Below, piece after piece: positions 10,829 through 21,085 of a stretch of 64,000 nucleotides of DNA (position 1 is its first letter; every line of letters begins with the position of its first letter). A program made the translations under genes and the position numbers. This stretch comes from an uncultured Chloroflexia bacterium (GTDB lineage Bacteria; Chloroflexota; Limnocylindria; Limnocylindrales; CSP1-4), in contig CAVTHS010000007.1 of the NCBI GenBank assembly GCA_963734535.1, forward strand, positions 1 through 64,000. Direction: 5' to 3'. A model generated the notes under the pieces. It was not told the DNA's origin and did no database searches. It saw only the letters and a list, made by a program, of their open reading frames with translations.

Positions 10829-11198
10829 ATGCAGCTTGCGCGCGTGATCGGGACCGTCGTGGCGACGGTCAAGTCGCCCGGGCTCGAGGGCGTGAAGCTC
10901 CTCGTGATCCAGCCCCTCGACCGTGCCCTGCGCCCGAACGGGGGCCAGCTCGTGGCGGCAGACGCGGTCCACATGGCCGGACCCGGCGAGCTCGTCTACT
11001 TCGTGGCGGCACGCGAGGCCGCCCAGGCCATGCCCGACCCGTTCGTGCCGGTCGACCACGCCATCGTCGGGATCGTGGACGCGATCGAAGCGCTGGCCGG
11101 GGGCGGCCTGCCGGCCGGCGCCGAACCCCGGGCCGGCGGTGCCACGCGAGCCGAACCGAGGGCGCGAGCCGCTCGGCCGGCGGAGGCAGGGATCGTGA
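10829..11198 (+). CDS. BMC pentamer protein (EutN/CcmL) #2
   Basis: MQLARVIGTVVATVK..GVKLLVIQP..VAADAV..PVDHAIVGIVD. Likely stop is the TGA at 11196-11198 after an indel. Confidence 0.85.
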
Positions 11199-11528
11199 AG
11201 CTCGGCCGCGTGGTGGGCACCGTCGTCTCCACGATCAACCACCCCAGCTTCGACGAACGCACGCTCCTCGTCTGCGACCTCCTCGATCCCGTCCGGCCGG
11301 CCGTCCGGCGGCTATCTCATCGCGGTCGATTCCGTGGGCGCCGGTGCCGGTGAGACCGTGCTGCTCCTCGACGAGGGCACGTCCGCCCGGCAGGTCCTGC
11401 GCGCGCCGGGCGCGCCGATCCGGACGGTCGTGGTGGGGATCGTGGACGCGGTCATGGAGAGGCCGGCCGTTGACGGCTCGGCGCCGCAGGGCCCGGCCGT
11501 CGAGGCGCGACCCAGGCGTCGTCGGTGA
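11195..11528 (+). CDS. BMC pentamer protein (EutN/CcmL) #3; frameshift near 11290
   Basis: VKLGRVVGTVVSTINHP.., then GYLIAVDSVGAGAGETVLLLDEGTSARQ..IRTVVVGIVD. Confidence 0.85.
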
Positions 11529-12274
11529 CGGCCCGCGGCAACGGCGACGCGGCGGAGCAGAGGGCACCCGGCATCTCCGGGGCTGCGGAACGCCGGACCT
11601 CCGGCGACGCCGACCCGGCCGCGCTGCGACGGATCCTGGAGGACGCGGCTGCGGGACGCTTCCCGCCCGCCGACGGCGTGACCGAGATCGTCCCCTCCCC
11701 GGACGGACCCGTCCACGCCGTGCTCGCCTTCACGGCACACCACCTCGTGGCGGCCGACATCGACCCGCCCGAGGTCGCGGCGCACCTGGACCCGGACGAC
11801 ATCGCGGCGCCCATGGGAGCCCACTTCCTCGCATGGCTCGGCGGGCGCCTGGGCGCCGTTCCCGGGACGCTCGACGTCGTGCTCGCAGCACGGGCCGGCG
11901 CAGGAGCGCCGCCCTTCCCCGACGGGATCCACGAGATCGTCCCCGACGCTCGACGCGGGAGGGTCGGCCGCGCGCTCCTGTACCGCTCCGACATCCGGGC
12001 GTGGGAATCGGCCGATGGGAATGGCCTCCTCGTCGTGGGGCGTGGCCTTGCCGGCCGGTGGGAGGCGTCGTTCGAGGTCTCACCGGGCGCGCGCGGCCGC
12101 GGCCTGGGCCGGACGCTGGCGGCGGTCTCCATGCTTGCCGTGCCGCCCGGCGAGCGGGTCTTCATGCAGGTTGCGCCCGGCAACACCGCATCACTCCGGG
12201 CCGTCCTCGCGGCCGGGTATCGCCCGATCGGGGCCGAGGTCCTGCTCCGCAAGGACGGCGGCGCTCCAGGCTGA
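11525..12274 (+). CDS. GNAT-family N-acetyltransferase
   Basis: EVSPGARGRGLGRTL acetyl-CoA motif; QVAPGNTASLRAVLAAGY. Confidence 0.8.
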   Translation: MTARGNGDAAEQRAPGISGAAERRTSGDADPAALRRILEDAAAGRFPPADGVTEIVPSPDGPVHAVLAFTAHHLVAADIDPPEVAAHLDPDDIAAPMGAHFLAWLGGRLGAVPGTLDVVLAARAGAGAPPFPDGIHEIVPDARRGRVGRALLYRSDIRAWESADGNGLLVVGRGLAGRWEASFEVSPGARGRGLGRTLAAVSMLAVPPGERVFMQVAPGNTASLRAVLAAGYRPIGAEVLLRKDGGAPG

Positions 12275-12373
12275 TCGGCGCTGCGGCGCGCGGACCGACT
12301 CCGGGCCCGCCGTCGGACACGGCGATCCGCGGGGCCATCGGAGACGCGACGGCCCGGACGGGCCCGGGCCGCG

Positions 12374-13747
12374 CTATCCCGTGATCCGCTCCAGGATCAC
12401 CGGCGGGGCGTCCGGCGCCTCGTCCCCGATCCTGATCGCGGCCCGGACCTCGGCAGCGGCGGCCTCCGCCTGGCCCGGCGTGCGCGCATGCACGAGGCAG
12501 AGCGGCCGGTCCGGCCCGACGGCGGCTCCGACCGGCGCGACCTGCGTGAAGCCGACCGCGTGGTCGATGGGCTGGTCCGCCCGCACGCGTCCTCCGCCCA
12601 TCCCGACGATCGCCACGCCGATGGCCCGTGCATCCTCGGCGACGACGAATCCGGCCCGCGACGGTTGGACGGCCAGCGTGACCTCGGGCAGCGGCAGGTA
12701 CGCGTCGGGCCGCTCCAGCAGGTCGAGCGGCCCCCCGAGCGCGGCGACCATGCGGGCGAAGCGCTCGGCCGCGTCGCCCGAGGCGAGCGCACGCTCGCAC
12801 GCGACCCGCGCTTCGGCAACCGTCGCGAACAACGCGCCGGTGACCAGCAGCTCGGCGGAGAGCGCCATCGTCAGCTCGTGCTGACGGGCTTCGCGCCCTC
12901 CCGGGCCAGGCGAATGCCCGACCGGCCCGCCCGCCGATCCATCCCGCGCGTCCTCGCCGGCCAGGTAGGCGATCGCCTCGCGCACCTCGACCGCGTTCCC
13001 CGCCGTCGTTCCCAGCACCTGGCTCATGTCGGTCAGCAGCGCGGTGGTCTGGCACCCGGCGCCGTTGGCGACCGCGACGATGCTCTCCGCGAGGGCGCGC
13101 CCATCCTCGGCCGTGCGCATGAACGCGCCGGTGCCGAACTTGACGTCCATGACGAGGCCGCGGAGGCCGGCAGCCAGCTTCTTCGACAGGATCGACGAGG
13201 TGATCAGGGGGATGCTCTCGACGGTGGCCGTGACGTCGCGGATGGCGTAGAGCCGCCGGTCGGCGGGCGCAAGGTCGGCCGTCTGGCCGATGATCGCGCA
13301 GCCGATCTCGCGGACGACTCGCCGGAAGGTCGCGTTGTCGGGGGCGGTCGTGTAACCCGCGATCGCGTCCATCTTGTCGAGGGTGCCGCCCGAGTGCCCG
13401 AGCCCGCGCCCGGAGATCATCGGGACGGCGCCGCCGCACGCGGCCACGATCGGCGCGAGCATCAGCGAGACCTTGTCGCCCACGCCACCCGTGGAGTGCT
13501 TGTCGAGCGGCGGCCCCGCCAGGTCCGCGCCCGACCAGTCGAGAACAATCCCCGAATCGCGCATGCCACGGGTCAACGCGATGACCTCCGGGCGGGTCAT
13601 CCCGCGGAAGAAGACCGCCATCGCGAACGCGGCCACCTGTCCCTCGGCGATCGAGCCGTCGGTGATCCCGGCCACGAAGTACGCGATCTCGGCGTCGGTC
13701 AGCGCCCTGCCGTCGCGCTTCGCCCGGATGACCTCCTGCGGCAGCAC
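12374..13747 (-). CDS. deoA: Thymidine phosphorylase
   Basis: [58 protein letters not shown]. Confidence 0.95.
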   Translation of the reverse strand: MLPQEVIRAKRDGRALTDAEIAYFVAGITDGSIAEGQVAAFAMAVFFRGMTRPEVIALTRGMRDSGIVLDWSGADLAGPPLDKHSTGGVGDKVSLMLAPIVAACGGAVPMISGRGLGHSGGTLDKMDAIAGYTTAPDNATFRRVVREIGCAIIGQTADLAPADRRLYAIRDVTATVESIPLITSSILSKKLAAGLRGLVMDVKFGTGAFMRTAEDGRALAESIVAVANGAGCQTTALLTDMSQVLGTTAGNAVEVREAIAYLAGEDARDGSAGGPVGHSPGPGGREARQHELTMALSAELLVTGALFATVAEARVACERALASGDAAERFARMVAALGGPLDLLERPDAYLPLPEVTLAVQPSRAGFVVAEDARAIGVAIVGMGGGRVRADQPIDHAVGFTQVAPVGAAVGPDRPLCLVHARTPGQAEAAAAEVRAAIRIGDEAPDAPPVILERITG

Positions 13748-13751
13748 GCCC

Positions 13752-14621
13752 CTACGCGTCCGATCCCTGCCCGGCCGCGAACGATCCGACGAACGCACGG
13801 ACCAGCCGGGTGAGGTCAGCGGCGGCGATGGCGGCGCCGCGCAGGGTCTGCTCGTGGTCGATCGGCACGTCGCTCATGCCCACGGCCAGGTTGGTGATCG
13901 CGCTGATCGCGGCCACCCGAAGCCCGGCGTGACGCGCGACGATCACCTCCGGCACGGTCGACATGCCCACCGCGTCCGCCCCCATGGTCCTGTATGCGCG
14001 GATCTCGGCCGGCGTCTCGAACAGCGGCCCGAGGAGCCCGCAGTAGACGCCCTCGTGCAGGCGGATCCCCAGCCCGTCGGCGAGCGTGCGCAGGCGCGAT
14101 CGAAGGGCCGGATCGTAGGCATCCTCGAGACCCACGAATCGCTCGCCCCAGGCGTCGTCGTTCGGCCCGACCAGCGGATTCGTCCACATGAAGTTGAGGT
14201 GATCCGTGATGAGCATCAGGCTGCCGGGCCCCGCCTCGGCCCGCAGCGAGCCCGCCGCGTTGGTCAGCAGGAGCGCCTCGACGCCGAGCGCGGCAAAGGT
14301 CCGAATCGGCAGCCGGATCAGGGCAGGTGCATGACCCTCGTAGAGGTGGAAGCGCCCCTGCATGCAGGCGACGGTGACGCCGTCGAGCTCGCCGACCAGG
14401 AAGCGGCCGGCATGGCCGGGAACGGTTGACGTCGGGAAGCCCGGGATCTCGGCATATGGGATCGCGGCGGCGTTCTCGAGCAGGTCGGCGAGCCCGCCGA
14501 GGCCGGAGCCGAGCACGATCCCGAGGCGCGGCGTGCGTCCTCCGGCCCGCGTCCGGATCAGGGCCGCCGCGGCGCCGGGGTCCCCGAACGCGTCCATCGC
14601 ACCAGGGCCGACCGGGCTCAT
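13752..14621 (-). CDS. Purine nucleoside phosphorylase (trimeric PunA/XapA type)
   Basis: [55 protein letters not shown]. Confidence 0.93.
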   Translation of the reverse strand: MSPVGPGAMDAFGDPGAAAALIRTRAGGRTPRLGIVLGSGLGGLADLLENAAAIPYAEIPGFPTSTVPGHAGRFLVGELDGVTVACMQGRFHLYEGHAPALIRLPIRTFAALGVEALLLTNAAGSLRAEAGPGSLMLITDHLNFMWTNPLVGPNDDAWGERFVGLEDAYDPALRSRLRTLADGLGIRLHEGVYCGLLGPLFETPAEIRAYRTMGADAVGMSTVPEVIVARHAGLRVAAISAITNLAVGMSDVPIDHEQTLRGAAIAAADLTRLVRAFVGSFAAGQGSDA

Positions 14622-15043
14622 CGGGCCGTCCTGCCGAGCAGGAACTCGGGCCCGAAGCTCAGCGGCAGCAGCTCGCCGAGCGTCACGGTCCGGATGACGC
14701 CGGCCGGGCCTGCAAGGTGGATCGATGCGTCGAGCGGCATGAACTCGCGCAGCCGCTGCCGGCAGCCGCCGCACGGGGAGGGGAGACCGGCGGCAGGGTC
14801 GGCAACCACGAGCGCCTCGGTGACCCGCCGCCCGCCCGCGGCGATCAGGACGCCGATCGCGGATGCCTCGGCGCACTGGCCCTGGGGGTAGGCCGCGTTC
14901 TCGACGTTCGGGGCCGCGTGGATCCGGCCGAGCTCGTCGCGCAGCGCCGCGCCAACGGCGTAGCCCGAGTACGGCGAATAGGTCCGCTCACGCGCGCCGA
15001 GGGCGGCGGCGAGGAGGTCGTCGGGCGAGCCGGCGGTTGGCAT
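14618..15043 (-). CDS. cdd: Cytidine deaminase (homotetrameric type)
   Basis: YSPYS..VGAAL..NVENAAYPQGQCAE..PCGGCRQ..LLPLSF. Confidence 0.93.
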   Translation of the reverse strand: MPTAGSPDDLLAAALGARERTYSPYSGYAVGAALRDELGRIHAAPNVENAAYPQGQCAEASAIGVLIAAGGRRVTEALVVADPAAGLPSPCGGCRQRLREFMPLDASIHLAGPAGVIRTVTLGELLPLSFGPEFLLGRTAR

Positions 15044-15108
15044 CGGGTCGGGCCTCCGTGGTCGTCAGAGAGGGCGCCTATGAAACGCCCGGGTGCGTGG
15101 ACAATGCT

Positions 15109-15137
15109 TTGACCATCCTGCCTCGACTGTGTATAGT
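15109..15137 (+). promoter_or_regulatory. sigma70 promoter for the tRNA
   Basis: TTGACC-N17-TATAGT ending 5 nt before the tRNA. Confidence 0.75.
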
Positions 15138-15142
15138 ACCGG

Positions 15143-15217
15143 GGCGGGGTGGAGCAGCGGCAGCTCGTCGGGCTCATAACCCGAAGGTCAAGGGTTCGAA
15201 TCCCTTCCCCGCAACCA
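15143..15217 (+). tRNA. Initiator tRNA-Met (CAT)
   Basis: Cloverleaf with anticodon stem TCGGG/CCCGA (three GC pairs), loop CTCATAA, T-loop TTCGAAT, encoded CCA, 1-72 mismatch. Confidence 0.95.
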
Positions 15218-15233
15218 AACCCGAATCCACCAG

Positions 15234-15261
15234 CGAACCCCGGCCCGCCCGCCGGGGTTCG
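15234..15261 (+). terminator. Hairpin downstream of the tRNA
   Basis: CGAACCCCGGC..GCCGGGGTTCG inverted repeat; no clear U-tract. Confidence 0.5.
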
Positions 15262-15474
15262 TGATTCCCGGCCGGATCACGCCGAGGGCGGCGTCGTCGG
15301 GCCGCTCGGGCCGCACGCGACGTTGATCGCGGCACGTGGCCGGTCCGGCCCGGCCCCGGTCGGGAGCTCGCCACCCGGGCCGCCACGAGGCCGTCCTGGT
15401 CGGGCGGGGTATTCTCTCGATCCGCAGCGCCGGGCCGGCCATCGCCCCGACGAGCACGACTGGGGGGTCACGAG

Positions 15475-17010
15475 ATGACGCAGGTCGCCGAGCCGACCGT
15501 CCACGCGGCGGCCGGGCTGGAGCGGGTCAACCACTGGATCGGCGGCCAGCGCGTCGCCGGCCGATCGGGACGATCCGGGCCGGTCTACGACCCGGCACGC
15601 GGCGTCGTCGCGCGGACCGTCGACTTCGCCTCGGTCGAGGAGGTCGATGCCGCAGTCGCTGCCGCGAAGGCAGCGTTCCCGGCGTGGCGGGCCACCTCGC
15701 TCTCGAAGCGGACGGACATCATGTTCCGGATCCGGAACCTCGTCGAGGCGAACCGGAAGGAGCTCGCGGGACACCTCACCGCGGAACACGGCAAGGTCAC
15801 CTCCGATGCGCTCGGCGAGATCGCGCGCGGCCTGGAGAACCTCGAGTTCGCCTGCGGGATCCCGAACCTGGTCAAGGGCGGCTTCACCGAGCAGGCCTCG
15901 ACGGGTGTCGACGTGTACCAGATCCGCCAGCCGCTCGGCGTGGTCGCCGGGATCACGCCCTTCAACTTCCCCGCCATGGTGCCGATGTGGATGTTCGCGA
16001 CCGCGATCGCCTGCGGCAACGCGTTCATCCTCAAGCCGTCGGAGAAGGACCCGTCCGCCTCGCTCTTCATGGCCGAGCTCCTTGCCGAGGCGGGCGTCCC
16101 GGCCGGCATCTTCAGCGTCGTCCAGGGCGACAAGGTGGCCGTCGGCCGGATCCTCGAGCACCCGGACATCGCGGCGGTCAGCTTCGTCGGGAGCACCCCG
16201 ATCGCGCGCTACATCTACGAGACCGCGACGAAGCAGGGCAAGCGGGTCCAGGCCCTGGGCGGCGCGAAGAATCACATGCTGGTCCTGCCCGACGCGGACA
16301 TCGAGATGGCGGCCGACGCGGCGGTCTCGGCGGGCTACGGCTCGGCGGGCGAGCGCTGCATGGCGATCGCCACGATCGTCGCAGTCGGCGACGTCGCGGA
16401 CCCGCTCATCGAGGCAATTCGGGCCAGGCTTCCGAAGGTCACCGTGGGTCCGGGCGCCGATCCCGCGTCGCAGATGGGCCCGCTCATCACCCGGCAGCAC
16501 CGCGACAAGGTGGCGTCATACCTCGACTCGGCCCCCGCCCAGGGCGCGACGGTGGTCGTGGACGGCCGGGAGCATCCGCTCCACGGCGAGAGCAAGGGCT
16601 TCTTCCTGGGGGCCAGCCTCATCGACAACGTCGGGGTGGGCATGGACTGCTACCGGGACGAGATCTTCGGCCCGGTCCTGACGGTGATGCGGGTCAAGAC
16701 CTACGAGGAAGCGGTCGGCCTCATCAACGCGAATCCATATGGGAACGGGACCGCGATCTTCACCCGGGACGGGGGCGCTGCGCGCCAGTTCCAGTTCGAG
16801 GTCAACGCGGGAATGGTCGGGATCAACGTGCCGATCCCGGTGCCGGTCGCCTACTACAGCTTCGGGGGCTGGAAGGCCTCGCTCTTCGGCGACCTTCACA
16901 TGTACGGTCCCGAGGGCATCCAGTTCTATACGCGGGCCAAGGTCGTCACGTCGCGCTGGCCTGACCCGGGCACGTCGAAGGTCGACCTGGGGTTCCCGAG
17001 GACGCGCTGA
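15475..17010 (+). CDS. mmsA: CoA-acylating methylmalonate-semialdehyde dehydrogenase
   Basis: GITPFNFPAMVP, LKPSEKDP, SFVGSTPIA, GGAKNH, SAGERCMA, GINVPIPVP, FGGWKASLFGD. Confidence 0.92.
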   Translation: MTQVAEPTVHAAAGLERVNHWIGGQRVAGRSGRSGPVYDPARGVVARTVDFASVEEVDAAVAAAKAAFPAWRATSLSKRTDIMFRIRNLVEANRKELAGHLTAEHGKVTSDALGEIARGLENLEFACGIPNLVKGGFTEQASTGVDVYQIRQPLGVVAGITPFNFPAMVPMWMFATAIACGNAFILKPSEKDPSASLFMAELLAEAGVPAGIFSVVQGDKVAVGRILEHPDIAAVSFVGSTPIARYIYETATKQGKRVQALGGAKNHMLVLPDADIEMAADAAVSAGYGSAGERCMAIATIVAVGDVADPLIEAIRARLPKVTVGPGADPASQMGPLITRQHRDKVASYLDSAPAQGATVVVDGREHPLHGESKGFFLGASLIDNVGVGMDCYRDEIFGPVLTVMRVKTYEEAVGLINANPYGNGTAIFTRDGGAARQFQFEVNAGMVGINVPIPVPVAYYSFGGWKASLFGDLHMYGPEGIQFYTRAKVVTSRWPDPGTSKVDLGFPRTR

Positions 17011-17055
17011 GGGTCACCGTTGGCCGGCGTCCCGAACGGCCCCGCGCCGCCGCCG

Positions 17056-17862
17056 CTACTCCCAGCGAAACGTCCGAGCCGTGAGGATTGACGTCCCGGT
17101 CGCCCACGCGGCGAGGAGCAGGAGCGGCCCGATCGTGTCGCCGGTGCTCGTCCCGAGGCCGATCCTGAGCGAGTCGGCCAGCGCGGCGGTGGGCAGGAGC
17201 GAGGCAAGGGCACCGAGCATGCCGGGCAGCTGGTGGGCGGGAACCAGGAGGCCCCCGAGCAGCAGGGCCAGCAGGAAAAGCGCATTCGTGAGCGCCATCG
17301 TCGCCTCCGCCCGGAGCGCGCCGGCGAGGAGCAACCCGAGCGCGCTGAAGGCGCCCGTCCCGAGGATGACCGCCACGAGGACGACGAGCGGGTCCCAGCC
17401 CGTCCCAGGCCGCCAGCCGAAGACCGCGACCGAGAGCCCGACCAGGAGGACCGCCTGGACCGCCTCGACGACCACGATCGTTCCGATCTTCGCGATCATC
17501 AGCTGGCCGCGCGTGAGCGGTGATCCGCCCAGCCGCTTGAGCACCCCGTAGGACCGTTCGAAGCCCGTGGAGATCCCGAGGTTCACCAGGCCGGCGGCGA
17601 CGATCGCCGTGGCGAGGATCGCGGGGAGGACCACGTCGATCGGGCGCCCCCCCGGCGTCGCGGTGGCCGCCGCCGGCAGGGCGGGCACGGATCCGAAGAA
17701 GACGAGCAGGACCGCCGGCAGCATGAGCGTCACGACGAGGTTCTCGAGCCGGCGGCTCGTGAGGCGCAGCTCCATCTCCAGGGCGGAGGCGATCCGCGCC
17801 AGCGGCGAGGAAGGCCGGCCGCCGCCGCCGCGGAGCACGTCGGGGATCACGCGGCTGCTCAT
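17056..17862 (-). CDS. ABC-2 type exporter permease
   Basis: About six TM segments; GFERSYGVLKRLGGSPL motif. Confidence 0.85.
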   Translation of the reverse strand: MSSRVIPDVLRGGGGRPSSPLARIASALEMELRLTSRRLENLVVTLMLPAVLLVFFGSVPALPAAATATPGGRPIDVVLPAILATAIVAAGLVNLGISTGFERSYGVLKRLGGSPLTRGQLMIAKIGTIVVVEAVQAVLLVGLSVAVFGWRPGTGWDPLVVLVAVILGTGAFSALGLLLAGALRAEATMALTNALFLLALLLGGLLVPAHQLPGMLGALASLLPTAALADSLRIGLGTSTGDTIGPLLLLAAWATGTSILTARTFRWE

Positions 17863-19001
17863 TCGCGGCCAGCCCCGGCGACGACCGGGACGACATCGCC
17901 ATCGTCGAGGGCCGGCGCCGGCGAGCTCACGTCGCCGGGGAACGACGCTGATGGTGCTGCGTCGTCGCGTGCCCCGGCGACCAGCTCGAGGAATCGCTCC
18001 TCCAGCGTGCCTCCCGACGTCTGCAGCTCCGCGAGGAGGAGGCCGCGCTGCTCGCACCAGTCGGCAAGGCAGGCGATCGACCGGGGGTCCGGACCCCGTC
18101 CCGTGAGGCGGTGACGTCCCGAACCGCCGTCCGGCACGAGTGGCCCGCCGAGAGCGGCACCCAGCCGATCGAGCTCGCCCGCGTCGAGCGTCACGCCGGA
18201 CCCATCGCGGCCTGCCAGCCGGAAGCGGAGGACCGGCCCGGACCCGGCGACGAGCTCGGCGGGCGTCCCGGCCGCGACGGCCCGTCCGTGGTCCATCACG
18301 ACCACCCGGTCGGCGAGCCGCTCGACGTCGGCGAGCTCGTGGGTGGTCAGCAGGATCGTCCGGCCCGTCGACCGGAGGTCGCCGATGAGCCCGCGCACCA
18401 CGGCTTTCGCCTCCGGGTCCATGCCGGCGGTCGGCTCGTCGAGGACCAGGAGCTCGGGCCGCCCGACGAGCGCGAGCGCGAGCGAGAACCGCTGCTTCTC
18501 GCCGCCCGAGAGGAGCTTGTAACGCCGGTCCCCGACCTGGTTCAGCCCCAGCAGGTCCAGCAGCTGGTCGGGGTCCACCGGGTCCGCGTAGAAGCGGGAG
18601 TGGAACCGGAGCAGCTCGCGGGGCCGGCCCTGCGGCGTGATGCCGCCGCTCTGGAGCATCAGGCCGACGCGGGCGTGGAGCGCGGCCCGATCGCGAACCG
18701 GGTCCATCCCGAGGACGCGCACGCTGCCGCCATCGGACCTGCGATAGCCCTCGAGGATCTCGACCGTCGTCGTCTTCCCGGCACCGTTCGGGCCGAGCAG
18801 CGCGACGAGCTCGCCCCGGGGAACCGCCAGGTCGAGGCGGTCGATGACCTGGAGCGTTCCATAGCGCTTCTGGAGCCCGTGGACCTCGACCGCGAGCGGC
18901 GCGCCGGCCGTGTCCAGATCTTCCGTGCCGCCGTGCGTCCGGCGCGGGTTCGCCTCGCCGTCGTCGGGACGGGCGACCATGGTGTGCGGAGGTGCCGTCA
19001 C
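17859..19001 (-). CDS. ABC exporter ATP-binding protein
   Basis: GPNGAGKTT, LSGGEKQR, LVLDEPTAGMD, H-loop LTTH. Confidence 0.92.
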   Translation of the reverse strand: MTAPPHTMVARPDDGEANPRRTHGGTEDLDTAGAPLAVEVHGLQKRYGTLQVIDRLDLAVPRGELVALLGPNGAGKTTTVEILEGYRRSDGGSVRVLGMDPVRDRAALHARVGLMLQSGGITPQGRPRELLRFHSRFYADPVDPDQLLDLLGLNQVGDRRYKLLSGGEKQRFSLALALVGRPELLVLDEPTAGMDPEAKAVVRGLIGDLRSTGRTILLTTHELADVERLADRVVVMDHGRAVAAGTPAELVAGSGPVLRFRLAGRDGSGVTLDAGELDRLGAALGGPLVPDGGSGRHRLTGRGPDPRSIACLADWCEQRGLLLAELQTSGGTLEERFLELVAGARDDAAPSASFPGDVSSPAPALDDGDVVPVVAGAGRE

Positions 19002-19579
19002 GCCAGGATCGCGGCGAGGATCGCGTCGAGCTCGGCGGCGTCGCGGACCTGCCCGATCTGGATGTCGCGGACGATCCCGGCGCGATCGATGAAGTAGCTC
19101 TGCGGCGGGGCGAGGACCGCCCACGGCTGCGCGATCGTGCGGGCCGGGTCCGCGATCGTCGGCCAGTCGGCCTTCTCGTCCGCCACGAAGGCCCGGGCCG
19201 GGGCGGCGTCGTCCTTGAAGAGGACGCCGACCACCTTGAGCCCTTGCGCGGCGTGGCGCTTCTCGGCGGCCGCCAGGAGCGGGAACTCGTCCCGGCACGG
19301 CCCGCACCACGATGCCCAGAAGTTGACGAGGACCGGCGATCCGCGCAGCGACGCCAGGTCGAACGGCGCCCCGTCGAGCGTGGTGCCGGCCAGCGCGGGC
19401 GCCGCCTTCCCGATGAGCGGCGAGCCGATCTGGATCACGGAGGCGCCCGGCGAGCCTGGCACGGACGGCGTGATCGCGACGCCGCCTGTCGCGCACCCGG
19501 CGAGCACGATCGAGGCAACCGCCACGACGGCGAGGCGCGCCGCGGCGCCCCGAAGCCGGCGCTCGATGCAGGGCTTCAT
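18998..19579 (-). CDS. TlpA/ResA-like thiol-disulfide oxidoreductase lipoprotein
   Basis: LAGC lipobox; VNFWASWCGPC. Confidence 0.88.
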   Translation of the reverse strand: MKPCIERRLRGAAARLAVVAVASIVLAGCATGGVAITPSVPGSPGASVIQIGSPLIGKAAPALAGTTLDGAPFDLASLRGSPVLVNFWASWCGPCRDEFPLLAAAEKRHAAQGLKVVGVLFKDDAAPARAFVADEKADWPTIADPARTIAQPWAVLAPPQSYFIDRAGIVRDIQIGQVRDAAELDAILAAILA

Positions 19580-19649
19580 GCGGCCGGTCCCGGGTGCCTC
19601 GACGGCACTGCCCCGGCCGGATGTCGGGCCGGGCCCATGGCACGGGCCA

Positions 19650-20859
19650 TCACTTGACCGTCAGGGTGCCGACCATGTTCGGGTGCACCGAGCAGACGAA
19701 GGCATAGGTACCGGCCGGCAGCGCCGGCACGTCGTAGGTCCGGGTGTCGGTGCCGCTGAAGATCTCGCCCTTGAAGACCTCGGTCCCGCTCGCCGAGCCG
19801 GCGTGGATCGCGACGTTGTGGGGGATCCCCGCGTCGTTGTTGGTGAAGACGATCTGGAACGGCGTGCCCGCCGGTGCGGAGAGGTCGGTCGCGTCGTAGG
19901 CCACGCCCGAGGCGGCCAGCTTGAGCGAGACCGATGCGCCCGGCGCACCGCTCGCGCCCGGCGCACCGCTCGCCGCGGGAGAGCCGGCCGGGCCTCCTGC
20001 CGACGGGGCCGCGGAGGCGGCCGGGGACGGCGCGGGCGGACGGCTTCCCGGACGCGGCCGCGATCGCGGCATTGTCCCGCGGCGGCACGATCCCGGCCGC
20101 GATCAGGATGCTCGCCGCGAAGATCACGCCGAACGCAAGGAGCGTCTTCGTGGGGAAGCCCGGGGCAGGGATGTTCTCCAGGTGCCCGGTCGTGTCGGCC
20201 CGGACGGTCTCGCGGTACTCGGCGCGAGCGTCCCGCAGCCAGCCCAGGAGGGAGATGATCAGCATCAGGAGGCCGCCCAGGAAGATCGTGACGTTCAGCA
20301 CGCCACCGAGCAACATCGCCGAGAAGGCGAGCGCGAGGAGGAGCGGCTGGAAGCTTGGGCCCGGGACGTGGACGCCCGGCGGCGGCGCCTCGCGGACCGC
20401 GGGCAGGGCAGCCGACCCGGCGAGGGCGTCGTAGTCGCGGCTCGCCTCGCGCCCCCAGTAGAGGAGGCCCGAGACCAGGGCCACGATCCCGATCGCGATC
20501 GCGAGGAGGCCGAACGGCGCGATCGTCCAGGCCGTCGAGTTCGCGATGGGCTGGTTGGTCGCCGGATCCATCTTCGGCCCGACATGGACGAAGAGGATGG
20601 CGAGGAAGAAGCAGGCGAACCCGGCGGCCGCCAGGAAGGGGGCCAGGCTCGGCCCCGGCAGATGAACGCCGGACGGCGTCGGCGCGGCCGGGAGCGGCCG
20701 GGTCCGCATCGGTGGCGCCGTCAGCGCACGCCGGGCGACCCAGCCCAGGTAGCCGACCACGAGCACCGCCAGCCCGAGCGGGATCAGGGCAACGAGCGCG
20801 CCCCAGTCCGGCGAGACGAGCTTGTTGAGGAACTCGAGGAGGGAATCCCAGGGCGACAT
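19650..20859 (-). CDS. Multi-TM membrane protein with C-terminal cupredoxin domain; frameshift near 20035
   Basis: Hydrophobic N-terminal part with two GVH(L/V)PGPS repeats. C-terminal PHNV..VCSVHPNM type-1 Cu motif lies in the 19650..20072 frame. Confidence 0.75.
19652..20038. repeat. Direct repeat copy 1 (~387 bp) of linker plus cupredoxin domain
   Basis: Appears identical to 23374..23760; the ORF translations over both copies are identical. Confidence 0.9.
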
Positions 20860-20883
20860 CAGCGGGCGATCGACTGTCCCGTG

Positions 20884-21066
20884 CTACTCGGTCTCGTCGC
20901 CGCGAGGCGAGGCCGCCATCAGCACGAAGCCCATCAGGCCCATCGCCACGCCGAGGGCGAGGAGCATCGTCAGGCCGCCCCAGTCGCGGCTCAGGAGCCC
21001 GTAGACGATGCCGATCCCGATGAAGACGAGGCCGATGAGCATCGCCCGGCGGGGTCGCATGATCAT
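20884..21066 (-). CDS. Small 2-TM protein, probable oxidase accessory subunit (subunit IV-like)
   Basis: 60 aa with two hydrophobic helices, directly after subunit III. Confidence 0.55.
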   Translation of the reverse strand: MIMRPRRAMLIGLVFIGIGIVYGLLSRDWGGLTMLLALGVAMGLMGFVLMAASPRGDETE

Positions 21067-21085
21067 GAACGCGATCCTCCGGCCA

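Noticed and set aside
8663-11353. 896-aa ORF seeming to fuse AldDH, BMC-T and BMC-P
   Set aside because: Mosaic created by indels in high-GC DNA; each gene has its own start and stop signals.
10829-11353. Apparent tandem BMC-P fusion
   Set aside because: A TGA overlapping the GTG of the third pentamer gene (GTGA, 11195-11198) indicates normal coupled genes with an indel in the linker.
15143-15300. tRNA as an integration site for an island
   Set aside because: No integrase or duplicated tRNA 3' end seen in the window.
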